From assembly GCF_964213995.1 (NCBI RefSeq), contig NC_135802.1, positions 75,888,001 through 75,952,000 of the forward strand: DNA of 64,000 nucleotides. Reading direction: 5' to 3'. Shown here in pieces: positions 1 through 11,737 of the stretch. Source of the DNA: Mustelus asterias. Taxonomy: Eukaryota. Within the stretch, counting starts at the first letter, position 1. Each line of letters opens with the position of its first letter. Both the position numbers and the translations under genes were made by a program. A model generated the notes under the pieces. The model saw only the letters and a program-made list of their open reading frames with translations. It did no database searches and was not told where the DNA came from.

Positions 1-280
1 GTTGTTGGAGAGGATTCTTAGAGACAGGATGTATGCGCATTTAGAACGGAACAATCTCATTAGTGACAGACAGCATGGTTTTGTAAGAGGGAGGTCGTGC
101 CTTACAAATTTGGTGGAGTTTTTTGAGGAAGTGACAAAAACGGTTGACGAAGGAAGGGCCGTGGATGTCGTCTATATGGATTTCAGTAAGGCATTCGACA
201 AAGTCCCTCATGGCAGGTTGGTTAAGAAGGTTAAGGCTCATGGGATACAAGGAGAGGTGGCTAGATGGGTAGAGAACTGG

Positions 281-684
281 AAGCTAGTGGCGTTTGCTAC
301 CAAATAAACCTGTTGGACTTTAACCTGGTGTTGTTAGACTCCTTACTGTGTTTACCCCAGTCCAACGCCGGCATTTCCACATCATGACTACCATTGACAC
401 CGCAAACTGCCGGCTGCAAGTGGAGAGGATCTCCAAGGAGATAGCGCATATCGACACAGACATCAAGTTTCTACACAGATGCAAGAAAGCAGCTAATCAG
501 TATTCTGCAACTTGATTTTGTGTCTCTGTGCCCTGTTTGAGAGCAGATTTCCACTCCATCTGACGAAGGAGCAGCGCTCCGAAAGCTAGTGGCGTTTGCT
601 ACCAAATAAACCTGTTGGACTTTAACCTGGTGTTGTTAGACTCCTTACTGTGTTTACCCCAGTCCAACGCCGGCATTTCCACAT
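281..684 (+). mobile_element. Mini Penelope-like element: partial pLTR + ORF 5' end (MTTIDTANCRLQVERISK..., ATG 384) + second pLTR
   Basis: Direct repeat 281-383 / 583-685. The same ORF start occurs on the minus strand at ~63090-63186. Inserted into CR1 with no visible TSD. Confidence 0.85.
556..592 (+). ncRNA. Minimal type I hammerhead ribozyme motif in PLE pLTR
   Basis: CCAT-CTGACGA-A-GGAGC(agc)GCTCC-GAAA-GC-TA-GTGG: CUGANGA and GAAA cores, 5-bp stem II, helix I CCAU/GUGG, palindromic AGCU in place of helix III. Confidence 0.75.
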
Positions 685-1820
685 CTTGGCCGCAGGAGAC
701 AGAGGGTAGCAGTCAAAGGGTCTTTTTTCAGCTAGAGGTCTGTGACCAGTGGTGTTCCGCAGGGCTCTGTACTGGGACCTCTGCTATTTGTGATATATAT
801 AAATGATTTGGAAGAAGGCGTAACTGGTGTTATCAGCAAGTTTGCGGATGACACGAAGTTGGCTGGACTTGCGGATAGCGATGAACATTGTCGGACAATA
901 CAGCAGGATATAGATAGGCTGGAAAAATTGGGCAGAGAAATGGCAGATGGAATTTAATCCAGATAAATGCGAAGTGATGCATTTTGGAAGAACTAATGTA
1001 GGGGGGAGTTATACAATAAATGGCAGAGCCATCAAGAGTATAGAAACACAGAGGGACCTAGGTGTGCAAGTCCACAAATCCTTGAAGGTGGCAACACAGG
1101 TGGAGAAGGTGGTGAAGAAGGCATATGGTATGCTTGCCTTTATAGGACGGGGTATAGAGTATAAAAGCTGGAGTCTAATGTTGCAGCTGTATAGAACGCT
1201 GGTTAGGCCACATTTGGAATACTGCATCCAGTTCTGGTCGCCGCACTACCAGAAGGACGTGGAGGCTTTAGAGAGAGTGCAGAGAAGGTTTACCAGGATG
1301 TTGCCTGGTATGGAGGGTCTTAGCTATGAGGAGAGATTGGGTAAGCTGGGCTTGTTCTCCCTGGAAAGACAGAGAATGAGGGGAGACCTAATAGAGGTGT
1401 ACAAAATTATAAAGGGTATAGATAGAGTGAACAGTGGGAAGATTTTTCCCAGGTCGGAGGTGACGATCACGAGGGGTCACGGGCTCAAGGTGAGCGGGGC
1501 GAGGTATAACTCAGATATCAGAGGGATGTTTTTTACACAGAGAGTGGTGGGGGCCTGGAATGCGCTGCCAAGTAGGGTGATGGAGGCAGACATGCTGGCA
1601 TCGTTTAAGACTTACCTGGATAGTCACATGAGCAATCTGGGAATGGAGGGATACAAACAAATGGTCTAGTTGGACCAATGCGCGGCACAGGCTTGGAGGG
1701 ACGAAGGGCCTGTTTCCTGTGCTGTACTGTTCTTTGTTATATGGTTATGAGATCCTAAAGTAGTTTGTGTTGGAAACATACTTGTGAAGAAGAAGTTGCT
1801 GCCACCATTGGAGAAAAGTG

Positions 1821-2053
1821 AAACCAAAAGAGAAAATGCTGGAAAATCTCAGCAGGTCTAGTAGCATTAGTGAGGAGAGGAAAGAGCTAATATTTTGAGT
1901 CCAGATGACCTTTTGTCAGAGCTCTGACAAAGGGTCATTTGGACTTGAAACATTAGTTCTTTCCTCTCCTCACTGATGCTACCAGACCTGCTGAGATTTT
2001 CCAGCATTTTCTCTTTTGGTTTCAGAATCCAGAATTGGCAGTAATTTGCTTTT
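1821..2053. mobile_element. Fold-back (palindromic) PLE pLTR, second family, with 14-bp TSD
   Basis: 102-bp inverted arms 1820-1921/1922-2023 centred on agag|ctct. TSD attggagaaaagtg at 1807-1820 and 2054-2067. Decayed hammerhead ctgacaaagggtc...gacttgaaac. Confidence 0.85.
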
Positions 2054-3164
2054 ATTGGAGAAAAGTGTTTGTGTCTGTAAGGTTTTGAGACAAGCTTTGG
2101 CTTCCCAGTATTGAATGAGAGAGAAAAGCCTGTGTAAGACTTCCCATATAAAAACAACGGATTTGTAGGAATATTACTGGAATTTCTTTGTAGATTAGAA
2201 TCCATGAGAACTGTTGCCTGAAAGGAATGTTTAGCTCTGAGTTAATTAAGCAGAAATCTTTGGGAACTATTTGTAGAAGTATTGTTAACTGTGTAACTGT
2301 AATCTTGTGTCTTTAAGTTTTATTTTTTACTTTTTAAAATAATGTTTAAATTTAATTTTTAAAATCTTCAGAGGTGGTTTTAAATTCTTTCTCCTGACTT
2401 CAGATACCTTGTCATAAAATGCAAATTGCAAGTTATTGTAATAGTTTGTTCAAGTTTCCCTTTGGGATTTAGGCAGCCTGGCAATTACCTCCTGCCATAT
2501 CATAATACTTCCCTTCCCTATCCAGCCGTCACTCCACCCTAATTCCACTTCCAGCCTTCCCCTGCCTCCTAGATCCAGCCTTAGCTCAGCTTTTGCTGCT
2601 AGCACTTGATGTGAGTGAAGTTATGCAAGCTCCCCAAGAAGGCAAAAGCAGCATCTACAAACAAATGGAGCTCATCAGGTCCATGCCGCTTCTAGTCATA
2701 AAAAGTGGTTTCCATTCTCACTAGCAGGGAACTCAATTCAAGGTTGAAACTAATTCTGATCAGAAGGCCCCTTAATGAGCATGCATGGGATGTCAATGTA
2801 TGCAAATAGGGTTCCCAGAGTCGCTCGTTGGGAAAGCCGGGGAAACAAAATTCCAGCAGTTTATCCCACTGTCAGGAAACATTTTGTTTTGTCTCTCTCC
2901 AAATTAAGTGTCCCCCTCCCACTACAATTCCCTCCGCTGGTGGGGCTGGAAGATGGCACCCCTGCTGTCATTTGGCTGTGCACTATTTCACATCCCCTCA
3001 AACATTCTCTGGGCCTTTATGCTGTGTCTTTCTACTATTTTTCTGGCATGTGACGGGGGGGAGGGGGGGGGGGGGTGGGCAATTGAGGGAAGAGCTGTTG
3101 CACTGTTTTTAGGTATTAAACAGATATTTCAACTGCTTCACAAGGGTGTAGCCAGTCAATGCAC

Positions 3165-3570
3165 TGCTTGAAGGCTACTATATATGGTTGACAATTCCGA
3201 ACTTCTCAGGTTTGATCCCTGATCTGTGTTAACCTACCTGGTCTCAGCCAGAGCATTGGCAGTGGTGGTCCACACAGAGTAAACAATCCTAGGTTATGAT
3301 GTGGAGATGCCGGCGTTGGACTGGGGTGGGGACAGTAAGAAGTCTCACAACACCAGGTTAAAGTCAACAGGTTTATTTGGAATCATGAGCTTTCGGAGCA
3401 CTGCTCACCTGATGAAGGGACAGCGCTCTGAAAGCTCATGATTCCAAATGAGCTTGTTGGACTTTAACCTGGTGTTGTGAAATTCCTAGGTTAGACAGGG
3501 GACCCGCATTTCTCCTTATGTGAGTTATTCTGTAATGTCCCTTAAAACCGAATAGCCTGCCAGCATTCTG
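3165..3570 (+). mobile_element. Old tRNA-derived SINE remnant (LF-SINE-like), interrupted by a PLE
   Basis: B-box-like ggtttgatccc followed by tctgtgt..tggtctcagcc, and distal cgaatagcctgcc; similarity is recalled, not searched. Confidence 0.4.
3297..3484. mobile_element. Inverted PLE pLTR pair with 10-bp TSD
   Basis: Minus-strand pLTR joined to a plus-strand pLTR at the hammerhead (~3405). TSD tcctaggtta at 3287-3296 and 3485-3494. Confidence 0.85.
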
Positions 3571-5044
3571 TGAACACTAACATATAAAGGATAGCCATTT
3601 GGGTGCGGTGCTTAACAGTGCTTCAGCCTGGATCCTCACTGTTGAGAGAAGGGACAGGAATGTGAACAAGACTGAGGGCAGAGAGAGCAAAGGCAAACTA
3701 AAAATGTACTTTTTATATATCCAGATCCAAGATAACATCCAAGTGCAATGCATTAAACCATCAGGAATTTGTGTTCCATATAAAAATAATAGTTTTATCT
3801 TACAAAGTAATAATAACAAAGAAACACTGTGGTATATATTTGTGAAAGGATTTGTTCAATCTAAGCATCTCTGTCACTGGAACTTCTTAATGGTTTGTTT
3901 TCCAAATTCTGAATTTTGTCCCCCATGTTGAAATCTCAAATCTTTCCACAGGACAACTGCAAAGGTTTTAAGACTAACAGTTTGAAATGCTAATAAGTAA
4001 ATCTATCCTTTGTGTTCCCAGAGGTTTGTCTGCTGCTGAACATCACTAATCCATGATTGTGTGTTACGATACCACCGCGAACTACAGGTAAGCATTGCTA
4101 TAAAATCTTAACTGCGACAAATCCAATTCATTCACTGACGTTTCACTTAGTTATCTGAGCCATGGGCATGCTGGATGGCTCATTAGAGTTTCTACCAGAT
4201 AGAGTAAACTGTCTCAAGAAACAGAGACTAGGGATAAATGGCATAATTTCAAGTTGGCAGACAGTGAATAGTGGATTGCCACAAGAATCAGTGCTGGGGC
4301 CTCGGCTATATACAATCTATATTCATGATTTAATATCATTAGGTTGCAGAGCCACATATGATTCTTTAATGTCTCATTTGTGGCTTCTGTTTAATGAGAG
4401 TTTATGCAAAGTATTTAAACAGTTAGTGATCAATGATTCTGTTCCTATTGAGCTTTATAAGTACGTTTTGAAACACAGAAATGAACAGAATTCTGCCTTA
4501 TCCACATGTACAATTCAATCAATCCCAGGAACCAAGCAAGATTTCCTACCAGTTTATGTCATCATTGCATTAATTAATTCAAGATCTGTTTTAACTGTGA
4601 CCCATAATATATACAGCACCTTTCACAGACTTTATACCTTATCATGTTTAAATAAAATAACAGTTAGACTCAGTGCAGTGAGTTAGCAAAGCTCAAAATC
4701 TTTGCTGAAAAGTATCACCTAGCTGTGAGAGAAAATGCTTTGCTACGATTCTCCAGGAAAAATGTTGATAAAGCTGAAGGCAAATTGGGTAGCAACAAGA
4801 TTCAACTTTAAAATCAAAAATAATAATTGTTACTTAATTCAGGAATGTAGCAATTGGATTTTTGCCCGTCCTATACACAAGATTAAAATTGAATGAAGAC
4901 CAGGGAATCAACAAGAAGGAGGAGATCAACCATGGTCTAATGGAATGGCAGAGCAGGCTTGAAGAGCTGAAATGTCTACTTCGGCTCCTATTTCCTATGT
5001 TTTATGAACGAAAATGGACAGTTTGCTGGAGCTATGCTGTTATG

Positions 5045-5316
5045 GTGCACGGTGGCACAGTGGTTAGCATTGCTGCCTCACAGTGCCAGGGACCCGGGTT
5101 CGATTCCCGGCTTGGGTCACTGTCTGTGTGGAGTTTGTACGTTCTCCCCGTGTCTGCGTGGGTTTCCTCCGGGTGCTCCAGTTTCCTCCCACAGTCTGAA
5201 AGACGTGCTGGTTAGGTGCATTGACCTGAACAGGCGCCGTAGTGTGGCGACTAGGTGAATTTCACAGTAACTTCATTGCCTTACTTGTGACTAATAAATA
5301 AACTTTACTTTACTTT
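5045..5316 (+). mobile_element. tRNA-derived V-SINE-type SINE
   Basis: A box tggcacagtgg, B box ggttcgattcc, V-domain gtgtggagtttg..ttctccccgtgtctgcgtgggtttcctcc, (ACTTT)n tail. Confidence 0.9.
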
Positions 5317-5339
5317 CTTTTACCATGGACTCTGTGTGA

Positions 5340-6310
5340 TGAAAGCTACTTCCAAATCACAAGGTGTCCCGGAGACATGTGTGATCATACACTTAGCATC
5401 AGCCAGATCTCATCATCACCAGATGTACCACCCTCAACAGTGCCCTCGTCACTCATAACTATCACCGTGCTAACTATGACACTGACCACTCCCTGGTGCA
5501 TAGTAGGCTCACGGTTCACGCACGCTATAGGAAGCGCTCCAAGAAGGAAAGTCATCCTCAGATTAACACTTGCCATACCACTGATCCAGAAAAGAGCCAG
5601 GAATTCCACAACATCCCCAATCAGCATCTTTTGAGACAACAATGTCCAAGGCCAGAATGCAGAGTCAAAGTGGGTTTATCTGTGTGATACCATTTGTAAC
5701 TCTACACAGCAAAAGAGATCAGAGGAAAGCTGACTGCTTTGAGGCTTTTTGGATTGAAATGGAGGTCCCAGCAAACAAAATCGAGATGCATTCACAGCTG
5801 CCAGTATGGGTTGAAACCCTGTTACAGCAAATGAACTGAATCTGGGATGTTGGAAGGATGTACAAAAATGTAGGGGACCCAGCAGCAACCCAATCAGGCC
5901 CCTGGAAGATAAAGACACGGTTGATCATCACTGAACCTAGCAGGCAAATGGATAGGTGGGTGGAGCACTATCTCGAACTCTGCACAAGGAAAATCCTTGC
6001 CACTGAAGAAGCTGTCAGCTCAGATCCTATCAAGGAGGAGCTAGACAATGAATCCACCTCAGGAGAGCTCCACAACGCCATTGACTGTCTTGTCAGTGAT
6101 AAAACCCCAGGAAACAATGGCTGCCACCTGAATTCATCTAAAGTAAAAAGCAGCACTGCTGCAGCATCTCCATGAACTTCTGTGTCTCTGCTGGAAAGAA
6201 AGATTCGTGCCTCAAAATACGTATGATGCAAAATAGTCACCTTGTACAAAAACAACAGGGATTGCAGTGACTGCAACAATTACTGAGACACTTCCGTGTT
6301 AAGTATCATG
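5340..6310 (+). mobile_element. RTE-clade LINE fragment (decayed)
   Basis: ORF 5858-6175 RWVEHYLEL...EELDNE..GELHNAIDCLVSDKTPGNNG; downstream IVTLYKNNRDCSDCNNY. Confidence 0.75.
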
Positions 6311-6348
6311 AGTCAGTACAATCAGCCAGCATTTTGGAAGTTATTTCT

Positions 6349-6659
6349 TAGAATCCCTACAGTGCAGAAGGAGGCCATTCGGCTCTTCGAGCCTGCATCA
6401 CCAACAATCCCACCCATTATCCCATGTATTTACCCTGCTAATCCCCCTGATACTAAGGGGCAATTTAGCATGGCCAATCAAGCTAATCTGCACATCTTTG
6501 GGCTGTGGGAGGAAACCCATGCAGACGCAGGAAGAACGTGCAAACTCCACACAGACAGTGACCTGAGGCCGGAATTGAACCTGTGTCCCTGGCGCTGTGA
6601 GGCAGCAATGCTGGGTGCTGTGAGGCAGCAGTGCTGACCACTGTGCCACCGTACCGCCC
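6349..6659 (-). mobile_element. HE1-like tRNA SINE (V-domain, CR1-type tail)
   Basis: Reverse strand reads gggcggtacggtggcacagtgg...V-domain...cctccttctgcactgtagggattcta. Confidence 0.9.
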
Positions 6660-7189
6660 CAAATTCTGCTTTAAAGGATAGTCCTTCATATATCTAAGAG
6701 TGATTAAATGGTGCAGTTTGATAAATAAGCTGAAGATGGCTTATTGTAAACAATAATCATTTTTTGCCAATGTATAAATCCACCACCTGATTCTAAATAA
6801 TTGAGAATTTTTTTGAAGAAAAACTATACAAAACCATGCAAAGGGTCTACAATTAAAAACTATGACAACGATCATCCAGACTCAAAACATTAGCCCAGTT
6901 CTCTCTCCACAGATGCTGTCAGACCTGCTGAGATTTTGCAGCATTTTCAGTTTATGTTTCAGGTTCCAGCATCCGCAGTAATTTACTTTTATATAGAACT
7001 ATGTTTGTATTACATAAGTGTAAAGAAGTCACCTTCTTAACGGAGTAAAAAAAAACATTCTAAAGCTTTTGAAACATACCTGTGGTGCCCTGATAAAAGG
7101 CCTATTAAAGTATGCAGTTGGTGGAGATTCACAATGAATATTACTGAAAGGAGACACATGCTGCGACTCAATCAACAGAGTGAGTAGAC

Positions 7190-7630
7190 ACTGTACTCAA
7201 CCAGCCCGCATTTTCAAAACCCCAAAACAAATCTTCTTACTGTTAAATGTGATTCCACGATTGGGCAGCACACACTGAAGCGCACTCTAATAGTTACACT
7301 AACAAGCAATTTAAGAAAATCAGACAACATCATAACATTACACATTTATGCTTGCTAGAAGTGACATGCATTCATTCACAGGGACCCGTTATCTGCAACC
7401 TGAAGGAGTATGTTCAAGCCTTGCATCTTCTTTGAATGAAACCTGGAAGCTAGGGGAGCCCATAGTTCACCTTTGCTTTCTCCATTGCATTACATTGGTT
7501 GCCAAGTCGACTCTGATTAACCAATCAGCATCCCTTTCTCCTGTAGTACAAGCTGTAGTGATCATCTGAAATTTGGCATTTTTGCATTTGTCCTGGAAAG
7601 CTTCAGCAACTTGTCTCTCAGCAATGTTCA
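7190..7630 (+). mobile_element. Penelope-like element fragment, third family (GIY-YIG C-terminus and 3' UTR)
   Basis: Translation ...HLCLLEVTCIHSQGPVICNLKEYVQALHLL*; 3' gtcctg-gaaagcttc resembles a hammerhead with stem II deleted. Confidence 0.55.
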
Positions 7631-8323
7631 AGTTCTGTGCTACTGAGCAACTGTTTGTAAACTCACACTGGCATTTAATTTGATCCTGGTGGGTGGGATG
7701 TCATCCGTTTTGTGGACCGAATCAATTTCTAGGGCAACGTTTATAAACCAGTGCCAAAGATTGTGGAAACTTGATTTGTGCTAGACCTTACTTGCATTTG
7801 AAGTTCTGCAATTGGTTGTGCCGATTTGGCCAATTTCAGACCAATTACATTGAAACAAAAAGCGCCACCTAGCGAAAATTTCAGGAAACAGCCTGGAAGA
7901 TAAAGGCAGAGCAGGTTGAATGTGATTTCATAAGTAGGAAGTTTAAGGTCAGCTGCAGAAGGGCTCACCTTTGTGCACTCGTTGCTGTTTGCCCCAGCAA
8001 GGGTGTGGCACACAATGTTTGTACATCCATCCCCTCTCACTGTTGCAGGATCACATATGTTTCCTTTCTACTGTAGTCTTAAATATGATTGAAGATGAAA
8101 ACACTGTCTAACATATTTCATTGAGTACTTTCAAAGCCTGCCCCTACTCAGTACTGCCATCACAAAGAACATTCCCTGTCTTATCGTGGTGGCCATGCTA
8201 GTGGAGGATGAGATGAGGTGGGGTGGAAATTGTGGTCATACTGGTGCTGTGTGAGAACCTATATGAGTTGGCATATTCATCGTTATGTTGAGTTTGCAGC
8301 CCAAGGCTGTACAGAGCCATATA

Positions 8324-8428
8324 GAGCTCTGGCTGTACAGAGCCACTCACCTGATGAAGGGCAGCACTCCGAAAGCTTGTGCTACCAAATAAACCTGTTG
8401 GACTTTAACCTGGTGTTGTGAGACTTCT
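8324..8428 (+). mobile_element. Short PLE pLTR with hammerhead motif and TSD
   Basis: cacctgatgaagggcagcactccgaaagcttgtg; tacagagccatata duplicated at 8310-8323 and 8429-8442. Confidence 0.8.
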
Positions 8429-8476
8429 TACAGAGCCATATACACAGCTGGCAAATATCCTGTTACTCTCAATACA

Positions 8477-8829
8477 GTAAGAGTTTTAACAACACCATGT
8501 TAAAGTCCAACAGGTTTATTTGGTAGCAAATGCCATTAGCTTTCGGAGTGCTGCTCCTTCGTCAGATGGAGTGGAAATCTGCACTCAAACAGGGCACAGA
8601 GACACAAAATCAAGTTACTGCCAGCATCAGTAGTAAATGCGCCTAGTTTGGGGGCGTTTAAGAGATCCGTAGATAGGTTCATGGACGAAAAGAAATTGGT
8701 TTAGGTTGGAGGGTCACAGTTTTTTTTTTTAACTGGTCGGTGCAACATCGTGGGCCGAAGGGCCTGTTCTGCGCTGTAATGTTCTATGTTCTATGTTCTA
8801 TGTTCTAACGCCGGCATCTCCACATCATG
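8477..8829. mobile_element. Inverted PLE pLTR insertion containing a CR1 3' end (~8620-8806)
   Basis: TSD actctcaataca at 8465-8476 and 8830-8841. Hammerhead motif on the minus strand at 8533-8569. CR1 tail gggccgaagggcctgttctg..(gttctat)n. Confidence 0.8.
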
Positions 8830-8929
8830 ACTCTCAATACACTCATAGTACTAGAGGATGTGAGCCTAATTCTACAACAAGTTGTACTTTTGTCCCCACA
8901 CACCTCACCCCCCACCCCCGCCCCACACA

Positions 8930-9298
8930 CACGGGGCATCTGTCACTTTTTCTTAAGTTTTGCTTTCACAGAGCACCGACCTTTATTCTGCTATTAACAC
9001 ATTCTGCTGTCTTACCTTTCTGCCATCATCTGCACCTTCTCTAGTCCTTAACATTACCGTTGATGCTTCATTTGTCTTGAGTCCCAAACAACTTTGTCCA
9101 CTCTCTCCTAGCTCACTCCTATCCCTGATCTTTTACTTTGTTCCATATTCTCCACCCCCTCTTTAACAGAATAAAATCCATCACATTCCTTCCTCTGTCT
9201 AGCTCTGAAGAAGAGTCATGTGGACTCGAAACATGAACTCAGTTTCTCTCTCTGCTGATGCTGCCAGACCTGCAACATTTTTCCATCATTTTTGTTTT
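8930..9298 (+). mobile_element. PLE 3' UTR/pLTR (second family) with hammerhead motif at ~9204-9235
   Basis: ctgaagaa-gagtc-atgtg-gactc-gaaac followed by gatgctgccagacctgc; related copy on the minus strand at ~15975-16310. Confidence 0.7.
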
Positions 9299-9299
9299 A

Positions 9300-10740
9300 A
9301 TTAACTTGTATTTATATAGCACCTTTAACATAAAACATCCAAAGGAGCTTTACGGGAGCATTATAAAGCACACTCCAAAGATGTGCGGGTTAGGTTGATT
9401 GGCCATGCTAAATTGACCCTAGTGTCAGGGGGATGGGCTAAGTAAATACATGGGGTTACGGGGATCGGGGCTGGGTGGGATTGTAGTCGGTGCAGACTCG
9501 ATGGGCTGAATGGCCTCCTTCTGTACTATAGGGATTCTATGATTCTATAATATTTGACACTGAATCATGGAAGGTGATTTGAGGGCAGATGACCCAATAC
9601 TTGGTCAAAGAGGTTGGTTTTAAGGTGTGTCTGAAATGAAGAGAGAGAAAAAATGAGGCAGAGAGGTTTAGAGAGGGAATTCCAGAGATTAGGGCCCTGA
9701 TTTACCAGCATGACCCCCGAAATTGAGGTGGGCGAGGCTCACAGAATGCCATTCTCCGTTGGCCTCACGCGCGATCCTACGAGCCTCGGGCGGGCGTGCC
9801 GGTAAAATTCTGGCCTAGGACTTAGCTTGGGGCACAGTCATCAACGTAATGGTGGACTGATTAAAATCAAGGACGACCAATAAGAGGTCAGAATTAGGTT
9901 GGACTGGAGGATTGACAGAGATAGGGAGAGGTGAGACCATGAAGCAATTTGAAAATGAGGATGAGAATTGTAAAACTGAGGTGTTGCTTATTTGGGAACC
10001 AATGTAGGTCAGTGAGCTGATGGGTGATGGATGAATAAGCAGTCGCGTTTTGGATAACCCCAAATTTATGAAGGGGAGAATGCGTTGGGCTGGTTACAAG
10101 TGTGTTGAATAGTTAAATCTAGTGGAAACGATTAGGCCTTCAGAGCAGATTAGCTGAGGCAGGGCAGAGTCAGGTGATGTTATGGAGGTGAAAGTTGGTG
10201 GTCTTAATGAAGCCAGCGATATATGGTCAGATCAGCTCATTGCAGCGTGAAATCTGACTCCAAGGTTGCAAACAGTCTGGTTCAGCCTCAGCCTATTGCC
10301 AGGGAGAGGAATGAAGTAAAGAACTACAGACAATAGCCTCAGTCCTCACAATATTTAATTGGAGGGAATTCCTACTCTTCCCTATTGGTTGACAGATACA
10401 GTCTAATAATTTAGCAACAGGAGAGGAATCTAGAGAGGTGGTGGTGAGGTAGAGCTGAGTGCTGTCAGTGTACATGTGAAAATCAACATTTTGTTTTCAG
10501 ATTATGTTGCCGAAGGCAGCTTGCAGGTGAGAAATAGGAGGGGGCCAAGTTAAGGTCCTTGGGGGAGATCAGAGGGAACTGTGCAGGAGCAGGAAGAGAA
10601 GCCATTGCAGATTAACCACTGGGTATAATTAGATCAGAATGGAAGCAGGTGAGTGGTGGACAATATTGGAGAGGGCTGGTGTGGTTAACCCTGTCAAAAG
10701 CTGCAGACAGGTTGGGAAGAAAGAGGCAGGAGAGTTTACC
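9300..10740 (-). mobile_element. L2-clade LINE remnant with nested HE1 SINE 3' part (~9370-9549) and a MITE
   Basis: ORF 10293-10475 (YTDSTQLYL...LQLNIVRTEAIV) is L2 RT C-terminal-like; tail reads aggtgctatataaatacaagtt on the minus strand. Confidence 0.7.
9693..9815. mobile_element. Harbinger-type MITE, TSD TAG
   Basis: Termini ggccctgatttacc / ggtaaaattctggcc flanked by tag...tag. Confidence 0.75.
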
Positions 10741-11119
10741 TTGAGGACACTGATTTGAAGAGATTGGCAAAAGAACCAAAGGCAATTAGAGAAAAAAGCA
10801 TTTCACAGCTTGAATAGTTAGCATCTGTGCCATTCACGCTAGCCACTTTACGCTTGATTTTACGGCATTTCCCACTGAAGTAGGCCATTTTCCAAAAGCC
10901 ATATTTTTATTATCTCATCAATATTCACCTCACTAAACATATTCATTTATTGGACTGATTGGCACCATTCGTAATGTGCCCACAATGCAGAGGGGAACAC
11001 CCGAATGGACATTCGTTTAAATCCCCCTCTGCACAGCTGAGAGACTTTTAATTTCAAAGCCGACAAAAGATCCTTATTCTGCCCAGCAACAGCACGAAGC
11101 TACATTTTAAACCGGCCCT

Positions 11120-11737
11120 TGGCCAGAAGATCGGGATATCTGCAAGTCAAGACCTGGAGTGGGATATATGGCATAACCGGACTGTCAATAAAATATTACG
11201 GGAATAAAATGGGCAAGGCAGGCAAAGAAACTTAATAAACCAGGATAAAAAGAATAAAAGATTAGATTAAATCCCCCTACACACAGCAGGACAAAATGAC
11301 ATTAACACCTAATCTCGCAAGCATAGAATACAGACACAAAACAGCAGAGGTCGATTTAGATAAGGGGACACATCGAGAGGATAATGGGAAACACATTAAA
11401 ACACCGGGGCAAGAACAGGCAGTCCCATTAACACGGACACACACCATACAGATGCAAATTGACAAGCCTCCCAGGGAACTTCCTGACCAGACAGGCCACT
11501 TTTTAGGTATTGTAAAAATGTATGAGCAAATGTTCCCGCTCGAATTTGGATTCCTATAAATATCCAGAGCAAATGTATAACTATTGAGATCAACGTGGCC
11601 AAGCCGCTGTTTCTAAGCTGGCTACGCGGTTCTCCCTGGGTTCCCAGTAATTGTACAATAAAGAAAAACGCTTTGAACCTTGCCTTGCGACTCGACTTCC
11701 TTCAATGCACTGGTACAAGGGATTTTTCCCTACAACA
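11120..11737 (+). mobile_element. Putative solo LTR within a Harbinger-like element
   Basis: TATA-like ctataaat ~11554, aataaa ~11657, ends ...ctacaaca; 5' boundary and TSD unresolved. Confidence 0.4.

Larger units (their letters stand above)
1..1737 (+). mobile_element. CR1-clade LINE, 3' half of ORF2 (reverse transcriptase) plus 3' UTR; disrupted by a PLE insertion at 281-684, a stop and a frameshift
   Basis: ORFs 2-307, 742-957 and 947-1669 carry RT motifs [33 protein letters not shown] and RPHLEYC..FWSP. 3' tail gaagggcctgtttcctgtgctgtactgttctttgtt. Removing 281-684 restores the frame ENW|LGRRRQRV. Confidence 0.95.

Noticed and set aside
947-1669. Intact 240-aa protein-coding gene
   Set aside because: C-terminal part of a disrupted CR1 ORF2.
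5047-5115. tRNA genes (also 6580-6659, 13401-13460)
   Set aside because: A/B boxes belong to SINE heads that continue into V-domain bodies; no complete cloverleaf.
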